Shown piece by piece: positions 10,272 to 18,904 of a stretch of DNA of 58,750 nucleotides. Position 1 is the first letter of the stretch. Every line of letters starts with the position of its first letter. Source of the DNA: Planctomycetota bacterium (GTDB lineage Bacteria; Planctomycetota; UBA8108; UBA1146). The notes below the pieces were generated by a model. That model did not search any database. It was not told the origin of the DNA and worked only from the letters and a program-made list of their open reading frames with translations. The stretch covers positions 1 through 58,750 of the forward strand of contig JAYZBV010000057.1 of assembly GCA_036338595.1 (NCBI GenBank). Direction: 5' to 3'. A program made the translations under genes and the position numbers.

Positions 10272-12755
10272 ATGGCTCTGATGAATATGTTGGCGCTGGT
10301 ACTCTCACTGGTTCTGGCAGCGGAAGCGATTTCCGCCCAGTGCTTGCCCACCTCCTGGGTCATCTCGGGAGTTGTCGTCGACTCGAATGGTGACGGGGTT
10401 GCCGGTGTTGATGTCGACATCATTTCCCTGTCTACAGGTCAGCCGCTGGCTCTGAGCCAGGACTTCACCTTGTTTGACGGTAGTTTTTCGCTCGCGATCT
10501 GCGAGACGGTGGCGCCTGGTTTCTTCGATGTCATCTTCCAGGTGAGTCCAGCCGATCCATTTTTTGACCTGTCGCTTCAGACCGTGAGCCTTTCGGGGAA
10601 CAGCGATCTGGGAACCGTGGTCCTGGACGATGCAGGGATCGTTTCCGGCACTGTCGTCAACGAGGTGGGCGTCCCTCTGGAGTTCGTCGATCTGGATTTC
10701 TTCGATCCTGTCTCGGGTCAGCCGACCGTTTTCTCGGGTGATACCACCGATTCAAATGGCAACTTCTCGGTAAAGGTGACCCCTGAGTTCTGGGATGTCC
10801 GGTTCACAGCCGATCCGGCGAGCAGTCCTGTTGACCTTGTGCCGGTTCTCCGCTCCGATCTTGCTGTGTTTGGATCGACTCCTCTGGGAAACGTGGTGCT
10901 GCGAAACGGATACACGCTCAGCGGAACCGTGCTGGATGGTTCTGGTTCTCCCGTGGTGGATGGGGACGTCGATGTCCGAGATCCAGTAACCGGCGATAAG
11001 TTGCTCACACCTGGGGACAACACCGATGGTTCCGGAGTGTTCAGTGTGCTGGCTCCTTCAGGGGACTGGCAGCTGGAAGTGGACCCACCTCAGGGTTCGA
11101 TGCTGGTGTCGAGTCTGACGGCGATCTCGATCCCTGTTGGCGGCATCAATCTAGGAGTCTTGACTCTCCCCGATGGTTTCTCGGTCAGTGGCAGCGTGGT
11201 GAACTCCTCGGGTCAGGTGGTCCCTGAAACCGATCTCGATTTCTACATCTCTGCAACCGGTGTAGAAATTCCAACCGCCCATGATAACGCCAACTCTTCC
11301 GGCGTATTTTCAGTTCAGGTGGTTCCCGATACCTACGACATTGCATTCAGACCTCGGTTCATCAGTGGTGCTGCACCTGTCGTGCTTGAAGATGTGGTCG
11401 TTGCAGGGAATACCGATCTTGGAAGCGTGTTGGTGCCCCCAGGATTTGCGCTGACCGGCACGGTAGTGGCAGGGTCCACTCCGGTGGCGGAAGTTGAGAT
11501 CACACTCACTGATAGCAGCACCGGGGTGCCGGCGTATACCTTTGGAAATGACACGGATGGACTGGGAGGATTTGCCCTGCGCCAGGTAGCCGGCACCTAT
11601 GATGTGACTGCCACACCTCTTGTCGCAACCGGATTGAATCCTGTCGTGGTCCTGGATCTGGTACTCGGTCCGGATGTCAACATTGCGATCGATCTACTGG
11701 GGGGTGGCACACCAATTCCTCCTGACCCGGTCGTCGCTCTCGAGTGCGTGCTCAATTCTGGATCCGTGCAACTCGATTGGACGCTGGGAAACCTCGATTA
11801 TGACCAGATTCAACTCACCCGAGGTGGAAGCATCCTTGCTGATCTGCCTGGAGATATTACTGGTTATCTCGATGTCAATGCGCCGCAATCGCTGCTCGAA
11901 TATTCGGTGATTGCGATCCGCGGTGGACTCACCAGCCCTCCGGAATCGTGTCTGGTCGACAACACACCTGTTGTTACTCCGCCGCCGCCAGTGGTGGCCC
12001 TGGTGTGTGAAGTTGTCGCGTCAGGCGTCGATTTGCTGTGGACCCTCGGCGCCCCGGACTACGATCTCATCCAGGTGACACGAAATGGAGTCTTCGTCAG
12101 TAACCTCGGCGGCAGCGTGACCCAGTATTCAGATCTCTTTGCTCCTGCTGCGATCCTCGAGTACTCGCTGACGGCGATCCGAAACGGCCTGGTCAGCACG
12201 CCTGAACTGTGTACCGTCGACAATACTTCTCCTGTTCCGAGTCCGTCTCCGGTGACAGATCTCCAGTGCGAGCAAGTCTCTGGAGGGGTCTCCCTTGCCT
12301 GGCAAAATGCAGATCCGGATTACGACAACATTGAAATCTGGATCGATGGCACGCTGCTGACGATTCTTGCGGGACAGGAAACCACCTTTCTGGATGCCAA
12401 CGTCGCGGTGGGGTCGCATCAGTACCAGTTGATCGCATGGAGAAATGGCCTGGAGTCCGGTCTGACCAGCTGCGATGTCGATGTCACCTCGGTCGGCCTC
12501 ACCTTCCTCAGAGGTGACGCAAATGAGGACCTGGTCATCAATCTCGGCGATGTGATCTCGATACTCTCCTATCTGTTCGCATCCGGGCCGGCCCCGGATT
12601 GTGTCGATGCCCTCGACACCAATGACTCTGGCGGTGTTAACATTGCCGATGCCATCAATGAACTGAGTTATCTCTTCAGCGGTGGCCCTCCGCCTGCGCC
12701 TCCCTTCCCTGATGTGGGAGTCGATCCGACACCCGATTCCCTTCCCTGTCCCTGA
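10272..12755 (+). CDS. Secreted repeat protein: 5 carboxypeptidase-regulatory-like beta-sandwich repeats, 3 FN3-like repeats, C-terminal dockerin-like module
   Basis: Signal peptide; repeats SG.V.D..G.PV...D.D; repeats L.C......V.L.W....DYD.I...R.G; FLRGDAN...DTNDSG tail. Confidence 0.75.
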   Translation: MALMNMLALVLSLVLAAEAISAQCLPTSWVISGVVVDSNGDGVAGVDVDIISLSTGQPLALSQDFTLFDGSFSLAICETVAPGFFDVIFQVSPADPFFDLSLQTVSLSGNSDLGTVVLDDAGIVSGTVVNEVGVPLEFVDLDFFDPVSGQPTVFSGDTTDSNGNFSVKVTPEFWDVRFTADPASSPVDLVPVLRSDLAVFGSTPLGNVVLRNGYTLSGTVLDGSGSPVVDGDVDVRDPVTGDKLLTPGDNTDGSGVFSVLAPSGDWQLEVDPPQGSMLVSSLTAISIPVGGINLGVLTLPDGFSVSGSVVNSSGQVVPETDLDFYISATGVEIPTAHDNANSSGVFSVQVVPDTYDIAFRPRFISGAAPVVLEDVVVAGNTDLGSVLVPPGFALTGTVVAGSTPVAEVEITLTDSSTGVPAYTFGNDTDGLGGFALRQVAGTYDVTATPLVATGLNPVVVLDLVLGPDVNIAIDLLGGGTPIPPDPVVALECVLNSGSVQLDWTLGNLDYDQIQLTRGGSILADLPGDITGYLDVNAPQSLLEYSVIAIRGGLTSPPESCLVDNTPVVTPPPPVVALVCEVVASGVDLLWTLGAPDYDLIQVTRNGVFVSNLGGSVTQYSDLFAPAAILEYSLTAIRNGLVSTPELCTVDNTSPVPSPSPVTDLQCEQVSGGVSLAWQNADPDYDNIEIWIDGTLLTILAGQETTFLDANVAVGSHQYQLIAWRNGLESGLTSCDVDVTSVGLTFLRGDANEDLVINLGDVISILSYLFASGPAPDCVDALDTNDSGGVNIADAINELSYLFSGGPPPAPPFPDVGVDPTPDSLPCP

Positions 12756-13031
12756 GTAGCTCAGTCCCACCTCTGAAGTGATTTCGCCCTGGCGAATGTT
12801 AGTTTTACTTCCGAACGATACATCGTTTCTCTCGGCCTCGTTTCCGTTGCCATCGTTGCAAGTGTCCACTTGATGGAACTCGATTTCCTCGATCTACTGC
12901 CGGGGCATCGGGGGCTCCATGGCGGGCTTCCGCATCCGTTTGCGCCCACGGACCAGGGATCCGACCGTAGTTCCACTGGATTGAGAGACAAATCCAAACT
13001 GCCTATCAACCTGGGAAGGTGTACCTGGCCC

Positions 13032-15287
13032 GTGCGTACCACTCCCATAATCATTCTCGGAACATTGCTGTTGCAGTTCACATCACTTCTACATGCAGAC
13101 ACCCTTACATTTCAGGCGGGGGTTTTTAGCCACAGTCAGACCACCGATACATGGTTACAGGGTGCGGTGGGAAATGCAGATCACGACACCAATTCGGTCA
13201 TCGAATGGGACGGCTCCGATGCGGGGGGACAGAACTTCCTGATCATCAGGTTTGATGACATCTTCGGGTCGCTGCCGGGGCAGATTCAGTCTTCAGACGT
13301 GATCACATCCGCCACTCTCTCTTATACCTCGATCGACCCCGGTGATGCGGCGACGGTCAACGAGATCGAGATCGACTGGTCTCCACCATCTCCGACAACA
13401 TTCAATAACTTTGGAGCCACTGCTGGAGTGCAATCGGAAGATTATGGATTTGAGGTCGGATCCGCGCTCGGTGCTACCGGGCCGCAGTCCATCGATGTTC
13501 GGCACAGTATCGAACAGTGGGCGATCACCCCTGTCAGCAACCGTGGTTGGATATTCCGGCCGACCGGTGGAACTAATGGAGCGGTGTTGCGAAGTAGCGA
13601 GGCGACTCAGACATCAGAGCGACCGAAACTCACGGTCGTCATCAACGAAGGTGCGCCACCTCCCGCATCGGTGCTGCGTGGTCCGTATCTTCAAAGGGTC
13701 ACGCCTGAGTCGATCACGGTTCGCTGGAGAACTGACACGGCAACGACCAGTGGCGTGCGCTTCGGGGTCGATGCAGGCTCATTGACTGGATTCGTATCTA
13801 CATCGACCACAACGAGCGACCATGAGGTTGCGCTGACTGGCTTGATGCCAGATACCCGCTACTACTATGCCATCGGTACGGCAGACCAGGACCTGGCCGG
13901 AGATTCCTCAAATCACTTCTTCGAAACCTCTCCCATCTCGGGATCTTCGACCCCCTTTCGTGTGTGGACGATTGGAGATTTCGGAACTGCAAATAGCAGT
14001 CAGGCACTTGTGCGAGATGCTTACTATTCCTATTCGGGTTCGACATACACTGATCTGTGGCTATTGCTGGGGGATAACGCCTATCTCTCTGGCACCGAGT
14101 CCGAGTATCAGGCTGCGTTCTTCAATGTTTACCAGCAGATGATGATCCAGACACCGTTTGCCTCGACACGTGGAAACCACGAAACGATGCCATCGGTCTA
14201 TTACGGACTGGTCACCAATCCGACCGATGGACTCTCCGGAGGAGTCGCTTCCGGGACCGAAGCGTTCTATTCCTTTGATTTTGGCAATGCGCACTTCATC
14301 TGTCTCGACTCGGAAGGGTCGGACCTATCCCCAACCGCGCCGATGTTGACCTGGCTCGAACTCGACCTCGCCAGTACTGCTCAGGATTGGATCGTCACTT
14401 TCTTTCATCATCCTCCCTATACCAAGGGAACCCACGATTCGGACAACGTGGCTGACAGTGGCGGCCGGATGAGAGATATGAGAGAGAACGCATTACCGAT
14501 CCTCGAGGCGGGAGGTTGTGACCTGGTGCTGTCGGGCCATAGCCATGTCTACGAAAGATCGTATCTGATCGACGGACACGATGGCGACAGCGGAACCTGG
14601 AACCCCGCAATCCACCTCGTTGATGGCGGTAACGGAGATCCGGACGGAGACGGGGGATACCAGAAGGACTCGTCGCCGAATCAGGGCACCGTGTACATCG
14701 TCATGGGATCGAGCGGCACGGTGGGAAGCGGATCGCTGGATCACCCGGCAATGTACTACTCAGGATCGGTACTCGGGTCTTTGGCACTCAACTTTTCTGG
14801 CCCCAACCTCGATGCCACGATGGTCCGAAGCGATGGGAGCTACGAGGATGTATTCAGTATCTCCAAGGGGCCACCGCCCGACTGCAATAGCAATGGCGTT
14901 GCCGATTCGGTGGACCTGGCCTCGGGTACCTCAACTGATTGTAATCTCGACGGTGTTCCAGACGAGTGCCAGGGGCCTGACGACAACGGCGATGGGGTTC
15001 TTGACGTCTGTCAGGGCAGTGCTTTCATTCGAGGTGATGCCAATCAGGATGGCGGCCTGGATATTTCCGACCCGGTCTGGATGCTGGAGTATCTGTTTGC
15101 CACTGCTCAGGTCAGTTGCCTGGCAGCCCTCGATTTCAATGATGACGATCTGCTGGATCTATCGGATGTGATGGGGGAGTTGATCTTCGTCTTCCAGGGG
15201 GGAGTACCACCAGGGTTTCCCTACCCCGACTGTGGCATTCCTGCGGGAACCATCGGCGGTTGCGACTCATTTTCTATCTGCCCCTGA
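13032..15287 (+). CDS. Secreted purple-acid-phosphatase-type metallophosphoesterase (DNRLRE-like, FN3, phosphoesterase, DCNxNG repeats, dockerin-like)
   Basis: GTG start MRTTPIIILG..LHA signal; RPKLTV; RGPYLQ; GDFG, GDNAY, GNHE, HHPPY, GHSHVYER; FIRGDAN tail. Confidence 0.85.
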   Translation: MRTTPIIILGTLLLQFTSLLHADTLTFQAGVFSHSQTTDTWLQGAVGNADHDTNSVIEWDGSDAGGQNFLIIRFDDIFGSLPGQIQSSDVITSATLSYTSIDPGDAATVNEIEIDWSPPSPTTFNNFGATAGVQSEDYGFEVGSALGATGPQSIDVRHSIEQWAITPVSNRGWIFRPTGGTNGAVLRSSEATQTSERPKLTVVINEGAPPPASVLRGPYLQRVTPESITVRWRTDTATTSGVRFGVDAGSLTGFVSTSTTTSDHEVALTGLMPDTRYYYAIGTADQDLAGDSSNHFFETSPISGSSTPFRVWTIGDFGTANSSQALVRDAYYSYSGSTYTDLWLLLGDNAYLSGTESEYQAAFFNVYQQMMIQTPFASTRGNHETMPSVYYGLVTNPTDGLSGGVASGTEAFYSFDFGNAHFICLDSEGSDLSPTAPMLTWLELDLASTAQDWIVTFFHHPPYTKGTHDSDNVADSGGRMRDMRENALPILEAGGCDLVLSGHSHVYERSYLIDGHDGDSGTWNPAIHLVDGGNGDPDGDGGYQKDSSPNQGTVYIVMGSSGTVGSGSLDHPAMYYSGSVLGSLALNFSGPNLDATMVRSDGSYEDVFSISKGPPPDCNSNGVADSVDLASGTSTDCNLDGVPDECQGPDDNGDGVLDVCQGSAFIRGDANQDGGLDISDPVWMLEYLFATAQVSCLAALDFNDDDLLDLSDVMGELIFVFQGGVPPGFPYPDCGIPAGTIGGCDSFSICP

Positions 15288-15339
15288 TTCTCCATCAGGA
15301 ACAGGAAACTGCATCGGCTCCGGGTTGTCAGTTTCGTGA

Positions 15340-16323
15340 TCAGCAGGCGTTGTAAAGAGCGCAGAAGAGCGTGTCGATGTTGGTTTCATCCCAACCGCAG
15401 GAACCTGGCGTGGGAGGAGCGGGCATCGTGCCTCCGCTGAACAATGCAGCGAGGGTGAAGATCGCATCGGCAATATTGATGCTCCCATCATCGTTTGAAT
15501 CGCATGCATCGCCGCAACTACCTGAAACTCCACCGCCAAAGAGCGAATCCAGTGAAAAGATGGCATCTGCGATGTTGAAAGAGCCATCGGTGTTGCAATC
15601 CCCGCGCTGGAATTCTGGTCCCAGAGGATCCGCCAGGGGGAACACTTCATCGAATGAGACAACAGCACCCGTTGTGGATGTGAAGATGGTAGTGACACCA
15701 AGGTCTCCACCCGCCGGCGAGTGTCGATAAATCGGCTCGGTGGTCCAGATCAGCGGGACATCGAAATCCAGAATTCCAGTGAGCGGCAGGCTGCCCGCAT
15801 CCGTGACACTCATGGTGCCGCCCGTGTCATCCGGAAGGTCAGCGAAGAGTACATCAAATGCTATCTGACCTGTCGGGTTGGGGAATCCCAGCAGGGCGAG
15901 ACCCGCCGCAACATTTCCGGTGATCTCCGTGACCATTGCAACAGCCTCCATCGTGTCGGAGCTGACAGCACTGATCTGAACCTCGGCGATGATCTGTCCG
16001 GCGACGATGACGACAGGAGTTTGAATGAAGATGTCGAAGACAGCACCGCCGACCTGCTGACCGGGAACGAAGCCGACGAAATCAAAGGAGCCTCGATCGA
16101 ACTGAACCACGAGGCTCGAGGGGCCTTCACTGCCCTCGGGAAAGAGCACATCCTGACTGAACCCACTTGCGAAGCCGCCCTGCAGGTTATCGAAGGAAGT
16201 GGTCACCGATGGGTCGAACTGTGCAGAACAGGGGGTGGCTATCGCCAGTGTTGCGAGCAGCAACCCATGGCACAGGATCGTTGAGACTGATCGAGAATGT
16301 TCGATACTCACCTCCCCATGCAC
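15340..16323 (-). CDS. Secreted protein: unknown ~200 aa domain + dockerin-like module (paralog of 16330-17301)
   Basis: Signal peptide ..PCSAQF; FQRGDCN..DSNDDG tail. Confidence 0.75.
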   Translation of the reverse strand: MHGEVSIEHSRSVSTILCHGLLLATLAIATPCSAQFDPSVTTSFDNLQGGFASGFSQDVLFPEGSEGPSSLVVQFDRGSFDFVGFVPGQQVGGAVFDIFIQTPVVIVAGQIIAEVQISAVSSDTMEAVAMVTEITGNVAAGLALLGFPNPTGQIAFDVLFADLPDDTGGTMSVTDAGSLPLTGILDFDVPLIWTTEPIYRHSPAGGDLGVTTIFTSTTGAVVSFDEVFPLADPLGPEFQRGDCNTDGSFNIADAIFSLDSLFGGGVSGSCGDACDSNDDGSINIADAIFTLAALFSGGTMPAPPTPGSCGWDETNIDTLFCALYNAC

Positions 16324-16329
16324 GATGTT

Positions 16330-17301
16330 TCAGGGACAGTTGTTGTTCAACTGGAGACAGGTCAGCAATCCCGGAGTTGGATCTTCGCCACACACACCAT
16401 GGGGCGCAGGAGGCGCAGCTCCGCTGCCGAAGAGTCCACTCAGGCAGAAGACCGCATCCGCAATGTCGACACTGTTGTCGTCATTGGCATCGCAGGCCAG
16501 TACGCAAGGAACCGAGCCGTTGCTGAACAAGAAGCCGAGCATGGTGATCGGATCGCTGATATCAAAACCACCATCTTGGTTGGCGTCGCCTCGATTGAAC
16601 TGATCCGGAGAAGCGCCCCCATTGAGCGGGAAGACCTCGTTGAAGGAGGCCTCGATGCCAGTCGTCGAGGTGAGTAGCGTTTCGACGACGAGATCTCCTC
16701 CCAAGGGGGAGTGAGTGAGAATGGGAGCAGTTGTCCAGGTCAGTGGAATGTCAAAATCGAGATTGCCACTCAGCGGCAGAGTCCCTGCATCGGTGACATT
16801 CATGGTGGCTCCGGTGTCTCCGGGAAGATCGGTATAGAGGACATTGAATGCGGTATCGCCGATGTTGAGATCAATCCCGAGCAGCGAAAGGCCTGACGAA
16901 ACATTTCCCGTGATGTCGGTGATGACTGCGATCGCCTGCATCGTATCGGGACCGACCGAGGTCACCTGAACATCCGCAATGATGTCCCCTGAGATGGTGA
17001 CGAAAATTACACTGACGAAGACCTCGACGACCAGACTTCCCACCAGTTGTCCTGGAGCATATCCGGAGAAATCAAAGGAGCCGCGGTCGAATTGAATCAG
17101 CATCGAAGAGGGTCCCTCTTGACCCTCGAAGAAGAATCCATCCTGGATGAACCCACTCGCTTGCCCCGAATCGAGATTGTCGATACTGGTCGACAGGGTC
17201 GGATTGAATTGCGCCTGGCAGGGAGTGGGGATGGCGAGGAACACCAGCAACCAGCATCCGCACAGCAATAAGAGCGATGATCGGGAGAACGGAACTGGCA
17301 C
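16330..17301 (-). CDS. Secreted protein: unknown ~200 aa domain + dockerin-like module (paralog of 15340-16323)
   Basis: Signal peptide ..PCQAQF; shares EGPSS..QFDRGSFDF and DAG.LPL.G.LDFD.PL.WTT with its neighbour; FNRGDAN tail. Confidence 0.75.
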   Translation of the reverse strand: MPVPFSRSSLLLLCGCWLLVFLAIPTPCQAQFNPTLSTSIDNLDSGQASGFIQDGFFFEGQEGPSSMLIQFDRGSFDFSGYAPGQLVGSLVVEVFVSVIFVTISGDIIADVQVTSVGPDTMQAIAVITDITGNVSSGLSLLGIDLNIGDTAFNVLYTDLPGDTGATMNVTDAGTLPLSGNLDFDIPLTWTTAPILTHSPLGGDLVVETLLTSTTGIEASFNEVFPLNGGASPDQFNRGDANQDGGFDISDPITMLGFLFSNGSVPCVLACDANDDNSVDIADAVFCLSGLFGSGAAPPAPHGVCGEDPTPGLLTCLQLNNNCP

Positions 17302-17413
17302 GATGACCTCCTTGGCCCCTACCAGCGATGATACTGCTGTTCACAGCGCTACAACAGCGCCCGCTGACTGTCCATACCTGTACCACAATCAAATCGGGGA
17401 AGACTCCCGTTGC

Positions 17414-18892
17414 TCACGAGATCGCTTTCCAGATCGGTTGCGCACCTTCTACGCCGACCAGTTTCTGTTCGAGACCAGCATGGAAGTAGGTCAGGTTGTT
17501 CGGTTCCAGGCCCATCAGTTGGAGCACCGTTGCGTGTAGATTCTTGACGTGAAGTGGCTCCTCGACCGCTGCGGCACCCAGTTCGTCGGTGGTTCCGATG
17601 CTGGTTCCTCCTCGGATTCCCCCGCCTGCCATCCACATCGTGAATCCGTACGAGTTGTGATCGCGTCCCGTGCCCTCGGCGTACTCGGCGGTGGGTTGAC
17701 GACCGAACTCACCCCCCCAGATCACGAGAGTTTCATCGAGCAATCCTCTTCGCTTGAGATCCTTGAGAAGCCCTGCGATCGGTAGGTCAGTAGCTCCGGC
17801 GTGCTTGTCGTGATTGAACTTCAGATCCCCGTGGGCATCCCAGTTGTTGTCGTTGTGGTTTCCGCCCGAATAAATCTGTACGAAGCGAACCCCTCGCTCG
17901 ACCAATCTACGAGCCATCAGGCACTTTCGACCGAAGTCCTGGGTCTGGTCACGATCGATTCCGTAGAGGGATTTTGTCTCCTCATCTTCGGCATTGATGT
18001 CGACCGCCTCGGGAGCCGTGCTTTGCATCTGGTAGGCCAGTTCGTAACTGGCGATGCGTGCGGCAAGATCGGGGTTTCCGACCCTTGCTGCGGCATGGGC
18101 TTCGTTTTCGCCACGCAGGTGATCGAGCACGGATCTCTGGATCCCACCCCCCAGGAACTCGGGCGGTTCCAGGTCGAGAATCGGTGGCCCCTGCGAACGG
18201 AGAACGGTGCCCTGGTACTGTGCGGGCATGTAGCCACTCGACCAGTTCTTTGCTCCTGAGATCGGGCCACCGGTATTGTCGAGCATGACGACAAATCCGG
18301 GCAGATTCTCGTTGAGGGTTCCCAGGCCGTAGTTTGCCCACGATCCCAGACAAGGGGCACCGCTCAACAGCTTTCCGGAGTTCATCATCAACATTGCGGA
18401 GCCATGGAGTGGCGAATCTGCAGTCATCGAGTGAAGAAAGGTGATGTCGTCAACCATCGATCCGACATTGGGGAACAGATCGCTGACATGCTTTCCGCAT
18501 TCGCCGTATTGTTTGAAGTTCCACTTGGGGCCAACTACACGGCCCTTCTTTCGATGACCCCCGCGGCCAAATGTCGTGACCTCGATGTCCTGACCGTCTA
18601 GCGGGTAGAGCTTCGGTTTATAATCAAAGGTATCGACGTGACTGGGTCCACCGTACATGAACAGGAAGATCACCGACTTTGCCCTCGCAGGAATCATCGA
18701 AATCTTCGGAGCCATCGGATTCACGAATTCCGTGGCTCCGTCTGCAGCGAGACCTTGACTGGAGAAGAAACTGTTGCCGAGCATGCCGCTCAGTGCCAGG
18801 GAGGTGAATCCAGCCCCAGCTTCCCACAGGAACTCCCTGCGAGTTCTACCGCAGAAGTCTCTTCCTTTTTCGGAACCCTTGCGATCTTTCAC
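17414..18892 (-). CDS. DUF1501 domain protein (Tat-exported)
   Basis: TRREFL Tat motif; AKSVIFLFMYGGPSHVDTFDYKP; ARRLVERGVRFVQ; WGGEFGR.P; GRDHN. Confidence 0.92.
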   Translation of the reverse strand: MKDRKGSEKGRDFCGRTRREFLWEAGAGFTSLALSGMLGNSFFSSQGLAADGATEFVNPMAPKISMIPARAKSVIFLFMYGGPSHVDTFDYKPKLYPLDGQDIEVTTFGRGGHRKKGRVVGPKWNFKQYGECGKHVSDLFPNVGSMVDDITFLHSMTADSPLHGSAMLMMNSGKLLSGAPCLGSWANYGLGTLNENLPGFVVMLDNTGGPISGAKNWSSGYMPAQYQGTVLRSQGPPILDLEPPEFLGGGIQRSVLDHLRGENEAHAAARVGNPDLAARIASYELAYQMQSTAPEAVDINAEDEETKSLYGIDRDQTQDFGRKCLMARRLVERGVRFVQIYSGGNHNDNNWDAHGDLKFNHDKHAGATDLPIAGLLKDLKRRGLLDETLVIWGGEFGRQPTAEYAEGTGRDHNSYGFTMWMAGGGIRGGTSIGTTDELGAAAVEEPLHVKNLHATVLQLMGLEPNNLTYFHAGLEQKLVGVEGAQPIWKAIS

Positions 18893-18904
18893 GGCATTGC
18901 TCCA

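Noticed and set aside
15306..15336. Weak hairpin GAAACTG...CAGTTTC between convergent genes
   Set aside because: Only a 7-bp outer stem and no clear U-tract; too weak to call as a terminator.
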